NCBI GenBank assembly: GCA_964057225.1
Contig: CAXKVF010000074.1
Coordinates: forward strand, 1-64,000
Source: Auanema rhodensis
Lineage: Eukaryota; Animalia; Nematoda
Reading direction: 5' to 3'
Length of the DNA stretch: 64,000 nucleotides
A program made the translations under genes and the position numbers. The notes under the pieces were generated by a model, which was not told the origin of the DNA, did not search any database, and saw nothing but the letters and a program-made list of their open reading frames with translations. This document shows, in pieces, positions 27,201 to 42,382 of this stretch (the stretch's first letter is position 1; the number at the start of each line of letters is the position of its first letter).

Positions 27201-30200
27201 ACGTGAAAGATGAAGAGATGCGGTTTTCAAAATTAGATTCCCCATGTCCATATTAGTCTAAAAACAAATTTTTATTGATATTGGTGCATGGTAACCATGA
27301 CTTTGAAATTTACGTGAACTTTAATTTATGCTAATTAAATGTACACGTGATGTGCACTTGGTATGTAACTCGCTTCACGTGAAAGATAAGGAGATGCGGT
27401 TTTCAAAATTAGATTCCCCATGTCCATATTAGTCTAAAAACAAATTTTTATTGATATTGGTGCATGGTAACCATGACTTTGAAAGTTACGTGAACTTTAA
27501 TTTATGCTAATTAAATGTACACGTGATGTGCACTTGGTATGTAACTCGCTTCACGTGAAAGATAAAGAGAAGCGGTTTTCAAAATTAGATTCCCCATGTC
27601 CATATTAGTCTAAAAACAAATTTTTATTGATATTGGTGCATGGTAACCATGACTTTGAAAGTTACGTGAACTTTAATTTATGCTAATTAAATGTACACGT
27701 GATGTGCACTTGGTATGTAACTCGCTTCACGTGAAAAATAAAGAGATGCGGTTTTCAAAATTAGATTCCCCATGTCCATATTAGTCTAAAAACAAATTTT
27801 TATTGATATTGGTTCATGGTAACCATGACTTTGAAATTTACGTGAACTTTAATTTATGCTAATTAAATGTACACGTGATGTGCACTTGGTATGTAACTCG
27901 CTTCACGTGAAAGATAAAGAGATGCGGTTTTCAAAATTAGATTCCCCATGTCCATATTAGTCTAAAAACAAATTTTTATTGATATTGGTGCATGGTAACC
28001 ATGACTTTGAAATTTACGTGAACTTTAATTTATGCTAATTAAATGTACACGTGATGTGCACTTGGTATGTAACTCGCTTCACGTGAAAGATAAAGAGATG
28101 CGGTTTTCAAAATTAGATTCCCCATGTCCATATTAGTCTAAAAACAAATTTTTATTGATATTGGTGCATGGTAACCATGACTTTGAAATTTACGTGAACT
28201 TTAATTTATGCTAATTAAATGTACACGTGATGTGCACTTGGTATGTAACTCGCTTCACGTGAAAGATGAAGAGATGCGGTTTTCAAAATTAGATTCCCCA
28301 TGTCCATATTAGTCTAAAAACAAATTTTTATTGATATTGGTTCATGGTAACCATGACTTTGAAATTTACGTGAACTTTAATTTATGCTAATTAAATGTAC
28401 ACGTGATGTGCACTTGGTATGTAACTCGCTTCACGTGAAAGATAAAGAGATGCGGTTTTCAAAATTAGATTCCCCATGTCCATATTAGTCTAAAAACAAA
28501 TTTTTATTGATATTGGTGCATGGTAACCATGACTTTGAAATTTACGTGAACTTTAATTTATGCTAATTAAATGTACACGTGATGTGCACTTGGTATGTAA
28601 CTCGCTTCACGTGAAAGATAAAGAGATGCGGTTTTCAAAATTAGATTCCCCATGTCCATATTAGTCTAAAAACAAATTTTTATTGATATTGTTGAATGGT
28701 AACCATGACTTTGAAATTTACGTGAACTTTAATTTATGCTAATTAAATGTACACGTGATGTGCACTTGGTATGTAATTCGCTTCACGTGAAAGATGGAGA
28801 GATGCGGTTTTTAAAATTAGATTCCCCATGTCCATATTAGTCTAAAAACAAATTTTTATTGATATTGGTGCATGGTAACCATGACTTTGAAATTTACGTG
28901 AACTTTAATTTATGCTAATTAAATGTACACGTGATGTGCACTTGGTATGTAACTCGCTTCACGTGAAAGATAAAGAGATGCGGTTTTCAAAATTAGATTC
29001 CCCATGTCCATATTAGTCTAAAAACAAATTTTTATTGATATTGGTTCATGGTAACCATGACTTTGAAATTTACGTGAACTTTAATTTATGCTAATTAAAT
29101 GTACACGTGATGTGCACTTGGTATGTAACTCGCTTCACGTGAAAGATAAAGAGATGCGGTTTTCAAAATTAGATTCCCCATGTCCATATTAGTCTAAAAA
29201 CAAATTTTTATTGATATTGGTGCATGGTAACCATGACTTTGAAATTTACGTGAACTTTAATTTATGCTAATTAAATGTACACGTGATGTGCACTTGGTAT
29301 GTAACTCGCTTCACGTGAAAGATAAAGAGATGCGGTTTTCAAAATTAGATTCCCCATGTCCATATTAGTCTAAAAACAAATTTTTATTGATATTGTTGAA
29401 TGGTAACCATGACTTTGAAATTTACGTGAACTTTAATTTATGCTAATTAAATGTACACGTGATGTGCACTTGGTATGTAATTCGCTTCACGTGAAAGATG
29501 GAGAGATGCGGTTTTTAAAATTAGATTCCCCATGTCCATATTAGTCTAAAAACAAATTTTTATTGATATTGGTGCATGGTAACCATGACTTTGAAATTTA
29601 CGTGAACTTTAATTTATGCTAATTAAATGTACACGTGATGTGCACTTGGTATGTAACTCGCTTCACGTGAAAGATAAAGAGATGCGGTTTTCAAAATTAG
29701 ATTCCCCATGTCCATATTAGTCTAAAAACAAATTTTTATTGATATTGGTTCATGGTAACCATGACTTTGAAATTTACGTGAACTTTAATTTATGCTAATT
29801 AAATGTACACGTGATGTGCACTTGGTATGTAACTCGCTTCACGTGAAAGATAAAGAGATGCGGTTTTCAAAATTAGATTCCCCATGTCCATATTAGTCTA
29901 AAAACAAATTTTTATTGATATTGGTGCATGGTAACCATGACTTTGAAATTTACGTGAACTTTAATTTATGCTAATTAAATGTACACGTGATGTGCACTTG
30001 GTATGTAACTCGCTTCACGTGAAAGATAAAGAGATGCGGTTTTCAAAATTAGATTCCCCATGTCCATATTAGTCTAAAAACAAATTTTTATTGATATTGG
30101 TGCATGGTAACCATGACTTTGAAATTTACGTGAACTTTAATTTATGCTAATTAAATGTACACGTGATGTGCACTTGGTATGTAACTCGCTTCACGTGAAA

Positions 30201-33200
30201 GATAAAGAGATGCGGTTTTCAAAATTAGATTCCCCATGTCCATATTAGTCTAAAAACAAATTTTTATTGATATTGGTTCATGGTAACCATGACTTTGAAA
30301 TTTACGTGAACTTTAATTTATGCTAATTAAATGTACACGTGATGTGCACTTGGTATGTAACTCGCTTCACGTGAAAGATAAAGAGATGCGGTTTTCAAAA
30401 TTAGATTCCCCATGTCCATATTAGTCTAAAAACGAATTTTTATTGATATTGGTTCATGGTAACCATGACTTTGAAATTTACGTGAACTTTAATTTATGCT
30501 AATTAAATGTACACGTGATGTGCACTTGGTATGTAACTCGCTTCACGTGAAAGATAAAGAGATGCGGTTTTCAAAATTAGATTCCCCATGTCCATATTAG
30601 TCTAACAGAAATTTTTATTGATATTGCTTCATGGTAACCATGACTTTGAAATTTACGTGAACTTTAATTTATGCTAATTAAATGTACACGTGATGTGCAC
30701 TTGGTATGTAACTCGCTTCACGTGAAAGATAAAGAGATGCGGTTTTCAAAATTAGATTCCCCATGTCCATATTAGTCTAAAAACAAATTTTTATTGATAT
30801 TGGTGCATGGTAACCATGACTTTGAAAGTTACGTGAACTTTAATTTATGCTAATTAAATGTACACGTGATGTGCACTTGGTATGTAACTCGCTTCACGTG
30901 AAAGATAAAGAGATGCGGTTTTCAAAATTAGATTCCCCATGTCCATATTAGTCTAAAAACAAATTTTTATTGATATTGGTTCATGGTAACCATGACTTTG
31001 AAATTTACGTGAACTTTAATTTATGCTAATTAAATGTACACGTGATGTGCACTTGGTATGTAACTCGCTTCACGTGAAAGATAAAGAGATGCGGTTTTCA
31101 AAATTAGATTCCCCATGTCCATATTAGTCTAAAAACAAATTTTTATTGATATTGGTTCATGGTAACCATGACTTTGAAATTTACGTGAACTTTAATTTAT
31201 GCTAATTAAATGTACACGTGATGTGCACTTGGTATGTAACTCGCTTCACGTGAAAGATAAAGAGATGCGGTTTTCAAAATTAGATTCCCCATGTCCATAT
31301 TAGTCTAAAAACGAATTTTTATTGGTATTGGTTCATGGTAACCATGACTTTGAAATTTACGTGAACTTTAATTTATGCTAATTAAATGTACACGTGATGT
31401 GCACTTGGTATGTAACTCGCTTCACGTGAAAGATAAAGAGATGCGGTTTTCAAAATTAGATTCCCCATGTCCATATTAGTCTAAAAACAAATTTTTATTG
31501 ATATTGCTTCATGGTAACCATGACTTTGAAATTTACGTGAACTTTAATTTATGCTAATTAAATGTACACGTGATGTGCACTTGGTATGTAACTCGCTTCA
31601 CGTGAAAGATGAAGAGATGCGGTTTTCAAAATTAGATTCCCCATGTCCATATTAGTCTGAAAACAAATTTTTATTGATATTGGTGCATGGTAACCATGAC
31701 TTTGAAATTTACGTGAACTTTAATTTATGCTAATTAAATGTACACGTGATGTGCACTTGGTATGTAACTCGCTTCACGTGAAAGATAAAGAGATGCGGTT
31801 TTCAAAATTAGATTCCCCATGTCCATATTAGTCTAAAAACAAATTTTTATTGATATTGGTGCATGGTAACCATGACTTTGAAATTTACGTGAACTTTAAT
31901 TTATGCTAATTAAATGTACACGTGATGTGCACTTGGTATGTAACTCGCTTCACGTGAAAGATAAAGAGATGCGGTTTTCAAAATTAGATTCCCCATGTCC
32001 ATATTAGTCTAAAAACAAATTTTTATTGATATTGGTGCATGGTAACCATGACTTTGAAATTTACGTGAACTTTAATTTATGCTAATTAAATGTACACGTG
32101 ATGTGCACTTGGTATGTAACTCGCTTCACGTGAAAGATAAAGAGATGCGGTTTTCAAAATTAGATTCCCCATGTCCATATTAGTCTAAAAACAAATTTTT
32201 ATTGATATTGGTTCATGGTAACCATGACTTTGAAATTTACGTGAACTTTAATTTATGCTAATTAAATGTACACGTGATGTGCACTTGGTATGTAACTCGC
32301 TTCACGTGAAAGATAAAGAGATGCGGTTTTCAAAATTAGATTCCCCATGTCCATATTAGTCTAAAAACAAATTTTTATTGATATTGGTTCATGGTAACCA
32401 TGACTTTGAAATTTACGTGAACTTTAATTTATGCTAATTAAATGTACACGTGATGTGCACTTGGTATGTAACTCGCTTCACGTGAAAGATGAAGAGATGC
32501 GGTTTTCAAAATTAGATTCCCCATGTCCATATTAGTCTAAAAACAAATTTTTATTGATATTGGTGCATGGTAACCATGACTTTGAAATTTACGTGAACTT
32601 TAATTTATGCTAATTAAATGTACACGTGATGTGCACTTGGTATGTAACTCGCTTCACGTGAAAGATAAAGAGATGCGGTTTTCAAAATTAGATTCCCCAT
32701 GTCCATATTAGTCTAAAAACAAATTTTTATTGATATTGGTGCATGGTAACCATGACTTTGAAATTTACGTGAACTTTAATTTATGCTAATTAAATGTACA
32801 CGTGATGTGCACTTGGTATGTAACTCGCTTCACGTGAAAGATAAAGAGATGCGGTTTTCAAAATTAGATTCCCCATGTCCATATTAGTCTAAAAACAAAT
32901 TTTTATTGATATTGGTGCATGGTAACCATGACTTTGAAATTTACGTGAACTTTAATTTATGCTAATTAAATGTACACGTGATGTGCACTTGGTATGTAAC
33001 TCGCTTCACGTGAAAGATAAAGAGATGCGGTTTTCAAAATTAGATTCCCCATGTCCATATTAGTCTAAAAACAAATTTTTATTGATATTGGTTCATGGTA
33101 ACCATGACTTTGAAATTTACGTGAACTTTAATTTATGCTAATTAAATGTACACGTGATGTGCACTTGGTATGTAACTCGCTTCACGTGAAAGATGAAGAG

Positions 33201-35342
33201 ATGCGGTTTTCAAAATTAGATTCCCCATGTCCATATTAGTCTAAAAACAAATTTTTATTGATATTGGTGCATGGTAACCATGACTTTGAAATTTACGTGA
33301 ACTTTAATTTATGCTAATTAAATGTACACGTGATGTGCACTTGGTATGTAACTCGCTTCACGTGAAAGATAAGGAGATGCGGTTTTCAAAATTAGATTCC
33401 CCATGTCCATATTAGTCTAAAAACAAATTTTTATTGATATTGGTGCATGGTAACCATGACTTTGAAAGTTACGTGAACTTTAATTTATGCTAATTAAATG
33501 TACACGTGATGTGCACTTGGTATGTAACTCGCTTCACGTGAAAGATAAAGAGAAGCGGTTTTCAAAATTAGATTCCCCATGTCCATATTAGTCTAAAAAC
33601 AAATTTTTATTGATATTGGTGCATGGTAACCATGACTTTGAAAGTTACGTGAACTTTAATTTATGCTAATTAAATGTACACGTGATGTGCACTTGGTATG
33701 TAACTCGCTTCACGTGAAAAATAAAGAGATGCGGTTTTCAAAATTAGATTCCCCATGTCCATATTAGTCTAAAAACAAATTTTTATTGATATTGGTTCAT
33801 GGTAACCATGACTTTGAAATTTACGTGAACTTTAATTTATGCTAATTAAATGTACACGTGATGTGCACTTGGTATGTAACTCGCTTCACGTGAAAGATAA
33901 AGAGATGCGGTTTTCAAAATTAGATTCCCCATGTCCATATTAGTCTAAAAACAAATTTTTATTGATATTGGTGCATGGTAACCATGACTTTGAAATTTAC
34001 GTGAACTTTAATTTATGCTAATTAAATGTACACGTGATGTGCACTTGGTATGTAACTCGCTTCACGTGAAAGATAAAGAGATGCGGTTTTCAAAATTAGA
34101 TTCCCCATGTCCATATTAGTCTAAAAACAAATTTTTATTGATATTGGTGCATGGTAACCATGACTTTGAAATTTACGTGAACTTTAATTTATGCTAATTA
34201 AATGTACACGTGATGTGCACTTGGTATGTAACTCGCTTCACGTGAAAGATGAAGAGATGCGGTTTTCAAAATTAGATTCCCCATGTCCATATTAGTCTAA
34301 AAACAAATTTTTATTGATATTGGTTCATGGTAACCATGACTTTGAAATTTACGTGAACTTTAATTTATGCTAATTAAATGTACACGTGATGTGCACTTGG
34401 TATGTAACTCGCTTCACGTGAAAGATAAAGAGATGCGGTTTTCAAAATTAGATTCCCCATGTCCATATTAGTCTAAAAACAAATTTTTATTGATATTGGT
34501 GCATGGTAACCATGACTTTGAAATTTACGTGAACTTTAATTTATGCTAATTAAATGTACACGTGATGTGCACTTGGTATGTAACTCGCTTCACGTGAAAG
34601 ATAAAGAGATGCGGTTTTCAAAATTAGATTCCCCATGTCCATATTAGTCTAAAAACAAATTTTTATTGATATTGTTGAATGGTAACCATGACTTTGAAAT
34701 TTACGTGAACTTTAATTTATGCTAATTAAATGTACACGTGATGTGCACTTGGTATGTAATTCGCTTCACGTGAAAGATGGAGAGATGCGGTTTTTAAAAT
34801 TAGATTCCCCATGTCCATATTAGTCTAAAAACAAATTTTTATTGATATTGGTGCATGGTAACCATGACTTTGAAATTTACGTGAACTTTAATTTATGCTA
34901 ATTAAATGTACACGTGATGTGCACTTGGTATGTAACTCGCTTCACGTGAAAGATAAAGAGATGCGGTTTTCAAAATTAGATTCCCCATGTCCATATTAGT
35001 CTAAAAACAAATTTTTATTGATATTGGTTCATGGTAACCATGACTTTGAAATTTACGTGAACTTTAATTTATGCTAATTAAATGTACACGTGATGTGCAC
35101 TTGGTATGTAACTCGCTTCACGTGAAAGATAAAGAGATGCGGTTTTCAAAATTAGATTCCCCATGTCCATATTAGTCTAAAAACAAATTTTTATTGATAT
35201 TGGTGCATGGTAACCATGACTTTGAAATTTACGTGAACTTTAATTTATGCTAATTAAATGTACACGTGATGTGCACTTGGTATGTAACTCGCTTCACGTG
35301 AAAGATAAAGAGATGCGGTTTTCAAAATTAGATTCCCCATGT
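24081..35342 (+). repeat. 30-monomer block duplicated at 34-monomer offset (24081-29359 and 30064-35342), separated by an extra 4-monomer duplicate (29360-30063)
   Basis: Rare variants recur at a constant 5983 bp (34 x 176 - 1): 24451/30434, 25330/31313, 27571/33554, 28692/34675. The divergent GTTGAATGG monomer repeats at 704 bp (28692/29396). Confidence 0.93.
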
Positions 35343-38300
35343 CCATATTAGTCTAAAAACAAATTTTTATTGATATTGCTTCATGGTAACCATGACTTTG
35401 AAATTTACGTGAACTTTAATTTATGTTAATTAAATGTACACGTGATGTGCACTTGGTATGTAACTCGCTTCACGTGAAAGATAAAGAGATGCGGTTTTCA
35501 AAATTAGATTTCCCATGTCCATATTAGTCTAAAAACAAATTTTTATTGATATTGGTGCATGGTAACCATGACTTTGAAATTTACGTGAACTTTAATTTAT
35601 GCTAATTAAATGTACACGTGATGTGCACTTGGTATGTAACTCGCTTCACGTGAAAGATGAAGAGATGCGGTTTTCAAAATTAGATTCCCCATGTCCATAT
35701 TAGTCTGAAAACAAATTTTTATTGATATTGGTGCATGGTAACCATGACTTTGAAATTTACGTGAACTTTAATTTATGCTAATTAAATGTACACGTGATGT
35801 GCACTTGGTATGTAACTCGCTTCACGTGAAAGATAAAGAGATGCGGTTTTCAAAATTAGATTCCCCATGTCCATATTAGTCTAAAAACAAATTTTTATTG
35901 ATATTGGTGCATGGTAACCATGACTTTGAAATTTACGTGAACTTTAATTTATGCTAATTAAATGTACACGTGATGTGCACTTGGTATGTAACTCGCTTCA
36001 CGTGAAAGATAAAGAGATGCGGTTTTCAAAATTAGATTCCCCATGTCCATATTAGTCTAAAAACAAATTTTTATTGATATTGGTGCATGGTAACCATGAC
36101 TTTGAAATTTACGTGAACTTTAATTTATGCTAATTAAATGTACACGTGATGTGCACTTGGTATGTAACTCGCTTCACGTGAAAGATAAAGAGATGCGGTT
36201 TTCAAAATTAGATTCCCCATGTCCATATTAGTCTAAAAACAAATTTTTATTGATATTGGTGCATGGTAACCATGACTTTGAAATTTACGTGAACTTTAAT
36301 TTATGCTAATTAAATGTACACGTGATGTGCACTTGGTATGTAACTCGCTTCACGTGAAAGATGAAGAGATGCGGTTTTCAAAATTAGATTCCCCATGTCC
36401 ATATTAGTCTGAAAACAAATTTTTATTGATATTGGTGCATGGTAACCATGACTTTGAAATTTACGTGAACTTTAATTTATGCTAATTAAATGTACACGTG
36501 ATGTGCACTTGGTATGTAACTCGCTTCACGTGAAAGATAAAGAGATGCGGTTTTCAAAATTAGATTCCCCATGTCCATATTAGTCTAAAAACAAATTTTT
36601 ATTGATATTGGTGCATGGTAACCATGACTTTGCAATTTACGTGAACTTTAATTTATGCTAATTAAATGTACACGTGATGTGCACTTGGTATGTAACTCGC
36701 TTCACGTGAAAGATAAAGAGATGCGGTTTTCAAAATTAGATTCCCCATGTCCATATTAGTCTAAAAACAAATTTTTATTGATATTGGTGCATGGTAACCA
36801 TGACTTTGAAATTTACGTGAACTTTAATTTATGCTAATTAAATGTACACGTGATGTGCACTTGGTATGTAACTCGCTTCACGTGAAAGATAAAGAGATGC
36901 GGTTTTCAAAATTAGATTCCCCATGTCCATATTAGTCTAAAAACAAATTTTTATTGATATTGGTTCATGGTAACCATGACTTTGAAATTAACGTGAACTT
37001 TAATTTATGCTAATTAAATGTACACGTGATGTGCACTTGGTATGTAACTCGCTTCACGTGAAAGATAAAGAGATGCGGTTTTCAAAATTAGATTCCCCAT
37101 GTCCATATTAGTCTAAAAACAAATTTTTATTGATATTGGTGCATGGTAACCATGACTTTGAAATTTACGTGAACTTTAATTTATGCTAATTAAATGTACA
37201 CGTGATGTGCACTTGGTATGTAACTCGCTTCACGTGAAAGATGAAGAGATGCGGTTTTCAAAATTAGATTCCCCATGTCCATATTAGTCTAAAAACAAAT
37301 TTTTATTGATATTGGTGCATGGTAACCATGACTTTGAAATTTACGTGAACTTTAATTTATGCTAATTAAATGTACACGTGATGTGCACTTGGTATGTAAC
37401 TCGCTTCACGTGAAAGATAAAGAGATGCGGTTTTCAAAATTAGATTCCCCATGTCCATATTAGTCTAAAAACAAATTTTTATTGATATTGGTGCATGGTA
37501 ACCATGACTTTGAAATTTACGTGAACTTTAATTTATGCTAATTAAATGTACACGTGATGTGCACTTGGTATGTAACTCGCTTCACGTGAAAGATAAAGAG
37601 ATGCGGTTTTCAAAATTAGATTCCCCATGTCCATATTAGTCTAAAAACAAATTTTTATTGATATTGGTGCATGGTAACCATGACTTTGAAATTTACGTGA
37701 ACTTTAATTTATGCTAATTAAATGTACACGTGATGTGCACTTGGTATGTAACTCGCTTCACGTGAAAGATAAAGAGATGCGGTTTTCAAAATTAGATTCC
37801 CCATGTCCATATTAGTCTAAAAACAAATTTTTATTGATATTGGTGCATGGTAACCATGACTTTGAAATTTACGTGAACTTTAATTTATGCTAATTAAATG
37901 TACACGTGATGTGCACTTGGTATGTAACTCGCTTCACGTGAAAGATAAAGAGATGCGGTTTTCAAAATTAGATTCCCCATGTCCATATTAGTCTAAAAAC
38001 AAATTTTTATTGATATTGGTTCATGGTAACCATGACTTTGAAATTTACGTGAACTTTAATTTATGCTAATTAAATGTACACGTGATGTGCACTTGGTATG
38101 TAACTCGCTTCACGTGAAAGATGAAGAGATGCGGTTTTCAAAATTAGATTCCCCATGTCCATATTAGTCTAAAAACAAATTTTTATTGATATTGGTGCAT
38201 GGTAACCATGACTTTGAAATTTACGTGAACTTTAATTTATGCTAATTAAATGTACACGTGATGTGCACTTGGTATGTAACTCGCTTCACGTGAAAGATAA

Positions 38301-41300
38301 GGAGATGCGGTTTTCAAAATTAGATTCCCCATGTCCATATTAGTCTAAAAACAAATTTTTATTGATATTGGTGCATGGTAACCATGACTTTGAAAGTTAC
38401 GTGAACTTTAATTTATGCTAATTAAATGTACACGTGATGTGCACTTGGTATGTAACTCGCTTCACGTGAAAGATAAAGAGAAGCGGTTTTCAAAATTAGA
38501 TTCCCCATGTCCATATTAGTCTAAAAACAAATTTTTATTGATATTGGTGCATGGTAACCATGACTTTGAAAGTTACGTGAACTTTAATTTATGCTAATTA
38601 AATGTACACGTGATGTGCACTTGGTATGTAACTCGCTTCACGTGAAAAATAAAGAGATGCGGTTTTCAAAATTAGATTCCCCATGTCCATATTAGTCTAA
38701 AAACAAATTTTTATTGATATTGGTTCATGGTAACCATGACTTTGAAATTTACGTGAACTTTAATTTATGCTAATTAAATGTACACGTGATGTGCACTTGG
38801 TATGTAACTCGCTTCACGTGAAAGATAAAGAGATGCGGTTTTCAAAATTAGATTCCCCATGTCCATATTAGTCTAAAAACAAATTTTTATTGATATTGGT
38901 GCATGGTAACCATGACTTTGAAATTTACGTGAACTTTAATTTATGCTAATTAAATGTACACGTGATGTGCACTTGGTATGTAACTCGCTTCACGTGAAAG
39001 ATAAAGAGATGCGGTTTTCAAAATTAGATTCCCCATGTCCATATTAGTCTAAAAACAAATTTTTATTGATATTGGTGCATGGTAACCATGACTTTGAAAT
39101 TTACGTGAACTTTAATTTATGCTAATTAAATGTACACGTGATGTGCACTTGGTATGTAACTCGCTTCACGTGAAAGATGAAGAGATGCGGTTTTCAAAAT
39201 TAGATTCCCCATGTCCATATTAGTCTAAAAACAAATTTTTATTGATATTGGTTCATGGTAACCATGACTTTGAAATTTACGTGAACTTTAATTTATGCTA
39301 ATTAAATGTACACGTGATGTGCACTTGGTATGTAACTCGCTTCACGTGAAAGATAAAGAGATGCGGTTTTCAAAATTAGATTCCCCATGTCCATATTAGT
39401 CTAAAAACAAATTTTTATTGATATTGGTGCATGGTAACCATGACTTTGAAATTTACGTGAACTTTAATTTATGCTAATTAAATGTACACGTGATGTGCAC
39501 TTGGTATGTAACTCGCTTCACGTGAAAGATAAAGAGATGCGGTTTTCAAAATTAGATTCCCCATGTCCATATTAGTCTAAAAACAAATTTTTATTGATAT
39601 TGTTGAATGGTAACCATGACTTTGAAATTTACGTGAACTTTAATTTATGCTAATTAAATGTACACGTGATGTGCACTTGGTATGTAATTCGCTTCACGTG
39701 AAAGATGGAGAGATGCGGTTTTTAAAATTAGATTCCCCATGTCCATATTAGTCTAAAAACAAATTTTTATTGATATTGGTGCATGGTAACCATGACTTTG
39801 AAATTTACGTGAACTTTAATTTATGCTAATTAAATGTACACGTGATGTGCACTTGGTATGTAACTCGCTTCACGTGAAAGATAAAGAGATGCGGTTTTCA
39901 AAATTAGATTCCCCATGTCCATATTAGTCTAAAAACAAATTTTTATTGATATTGGTTCATGGTAACCATGACTTTGAAATTTACGTGAACTTTAATTTAT
40001 GCTAATTAAATGTACACGTGATGTGCACTTGGTATGTAACTCGCTTCACGTGAAAGATAAAGAGATGCGGTTTTCAAAATTAGATTCCCCATGTCCATAT
40101 TAGTCTAAAAACAAATTTTTATTGATATTGGTGCATGGTAACCATGACTTTGAAATTTACGTGAACTTTAATTTATGCTAATTAAATGTACACGTGATGT
40201 GCACTTGGTATGTAACTCGCTTCACGTGAAAGATAAAGAGATGCGGTTTTCAAAATTAGATTCCCCATGTCCATATTAGTCTAAAAACAAATTTTTATTG
40301 ATATTGCTTCATGGTAACCATGACTTTGAAATTTACGTGAACTTTAATTTATGTTAATTAAATGTACACGTGATGTGCACTTGGTATGTAACTCGCTTCA
40401 CGTGAAAGATAAAGAGATGCGGTTTTCAAAATTAGATTTCCCATGTCCATATTAGTCTAAAAACAAATTTTTATTGATATTGGTGCATGGTAACCATGAC
40501 TTTGAAATTTACGTGAACTTTAATTTATGCTAATTAAATGTACACGTGATGTGCACTTGGTATGTAACTCGCTTCACGTGAAAGATGAAGAGATGCGGTT
40601 TTCAAAATTAGATTCCCCATGTCCATATTAGTCTGAAAACAAATTTTTATTGATATTGGTGCATGGTAACCATGACTTTGAAATTTACGTGAACTTTAAT
40701 TTATGCTAATTAAATGTACACGTGATGTGCACTTGGTATGTAACTCGCTTCACGTGAAAGATAAAGAGATGCGGTTTTCAAAATTAGATTCCCCATGTCC
40801 ATATTAGTCTAAAAACAAATTTTTATTGATATTGGTGCATGGTAACCATGACTTTGAAATTTACGTGAACTTTAATTTATGCTAATTAAATGTACACGTG
40901 ATGTGCACTTGGTATGTAACTCGCTTCACGTGAAAGATAAAGAGATGCGGTTTTCAAAATTAGATTCCCCATGTCCATATTAGTCTAAAAACAAATTTTT
41001 ATTGATATTGGTGCATGGTAACCATGACTTTGAAATTTACGTGAACTTTAATTTATGCTAATTAAATGTACACGTGATGTGCACTTGGTATGTAACTCGC
41101 TTCACGTGAAAGATAAAGAGATGCGGTTTTCAAAATTAGATTCCCCATGTCCATATTAGTCTAAAAACAAATTTTTATTGATATTGGTGCATGGTAACCA
41201 TGACTTTGAAATTTACGTGAACTTTAATTTATGCTAATTAAATGTACACGTGATGTGCACTTGGTATGTAACTCGCTTCACGTGAAAGATGAAGAGATGC

Positions 41301-42382
41301 GGTTTTCAAAATTAGATTCCCCATGTCCATATTAGTCTGAAAACAAATTTTTATTGATATTGGTGCATGGTAACCATGACTTTGAAATTTACGTGAACTT
41401 TAATTTATGCTAATTAAATGTACACGTGATGTGCACTTGGTATGTAACTCGCTTCACGTGAAAGATAAAGAGATGCGGTTTTCAAAATTAGATTCCCCAT
41501 GTCCATATTAGTCTAAAAACAAATTTTTATTGATATTGGTGCATGGTAACCATGACTTTGAAATTTACGTGAACTTTAATTTATGCTAATTAAATGTACA
41601 CGTGATGTGCACTTGGTATGTAACTCGCTTCACGTGAAAGATAAAGAGATGCGGTTTTCAAAATTAGATTCCCCATGTCCATATTAGTCTAAAAACAAAT
41701 TTTTATTGATATTGGTGCATGGTAACCATGACTTTGAAATTTACGTGAACTTTAATTTATGCTAATTAAATGTACACGTGATGTGCACTTGGTATGTAAC
41801 TCGCTTCACGTGAAAGATAAAGAGATGCGGTTTTCAAAATTAGATTCCCCATGTCCATATTAGTCTAAAAACAAATTTTTATTGATATTGGTTCATGGTA
41901 ACCATGACTTTGAAATTTACGTGAACTTTAATTTATGCTAATTAAATGTACACGTGATGTGCACTTGGTATGTAACTCGCTTCACGTGAAAGATAAAGAG
42001 ATGCGGTTTTCAAAATTAGATTCCCCATGTCCATATTAGTCTAAAAACAAATTTTTATTGATATTGGTGCATGGTAACCATGACTTTGAAATTTACGTGA
42101 ACTTTAATTTATGCTAATTAAATGTACACGTGATGTGCACTTGGTATGTAACTCGCTTCACGTGAAAGATGAAGAGATGCGGTTTTCAAAATTAGATTCC
42201 CCATGTCCATATTAGTCTAAAAACAAATTTTTATTGATATTGGTGCATGGTAACCATGACTTTGAAATTTACGTGAACTTTAATTTATGCTAATTAAATG
42301 TACACGTGATGTGCACTTGGTATGTAACTCGCTTCACGTGAAAGATAAAGAGATGCGGTTTTCAAAATTAGATTCCCCATGT
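32527..42382 (+). repeat. 28-monomer tandem higher-order repeat, two copies (32527-37454, 37455-42382)
   Basis: Variants recur at exactly 4928 bp (28 x 176): 33554/38482, 34675/39603, 35426/40354, 35707/40635, 36411/41339. Confidence 0.93.
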
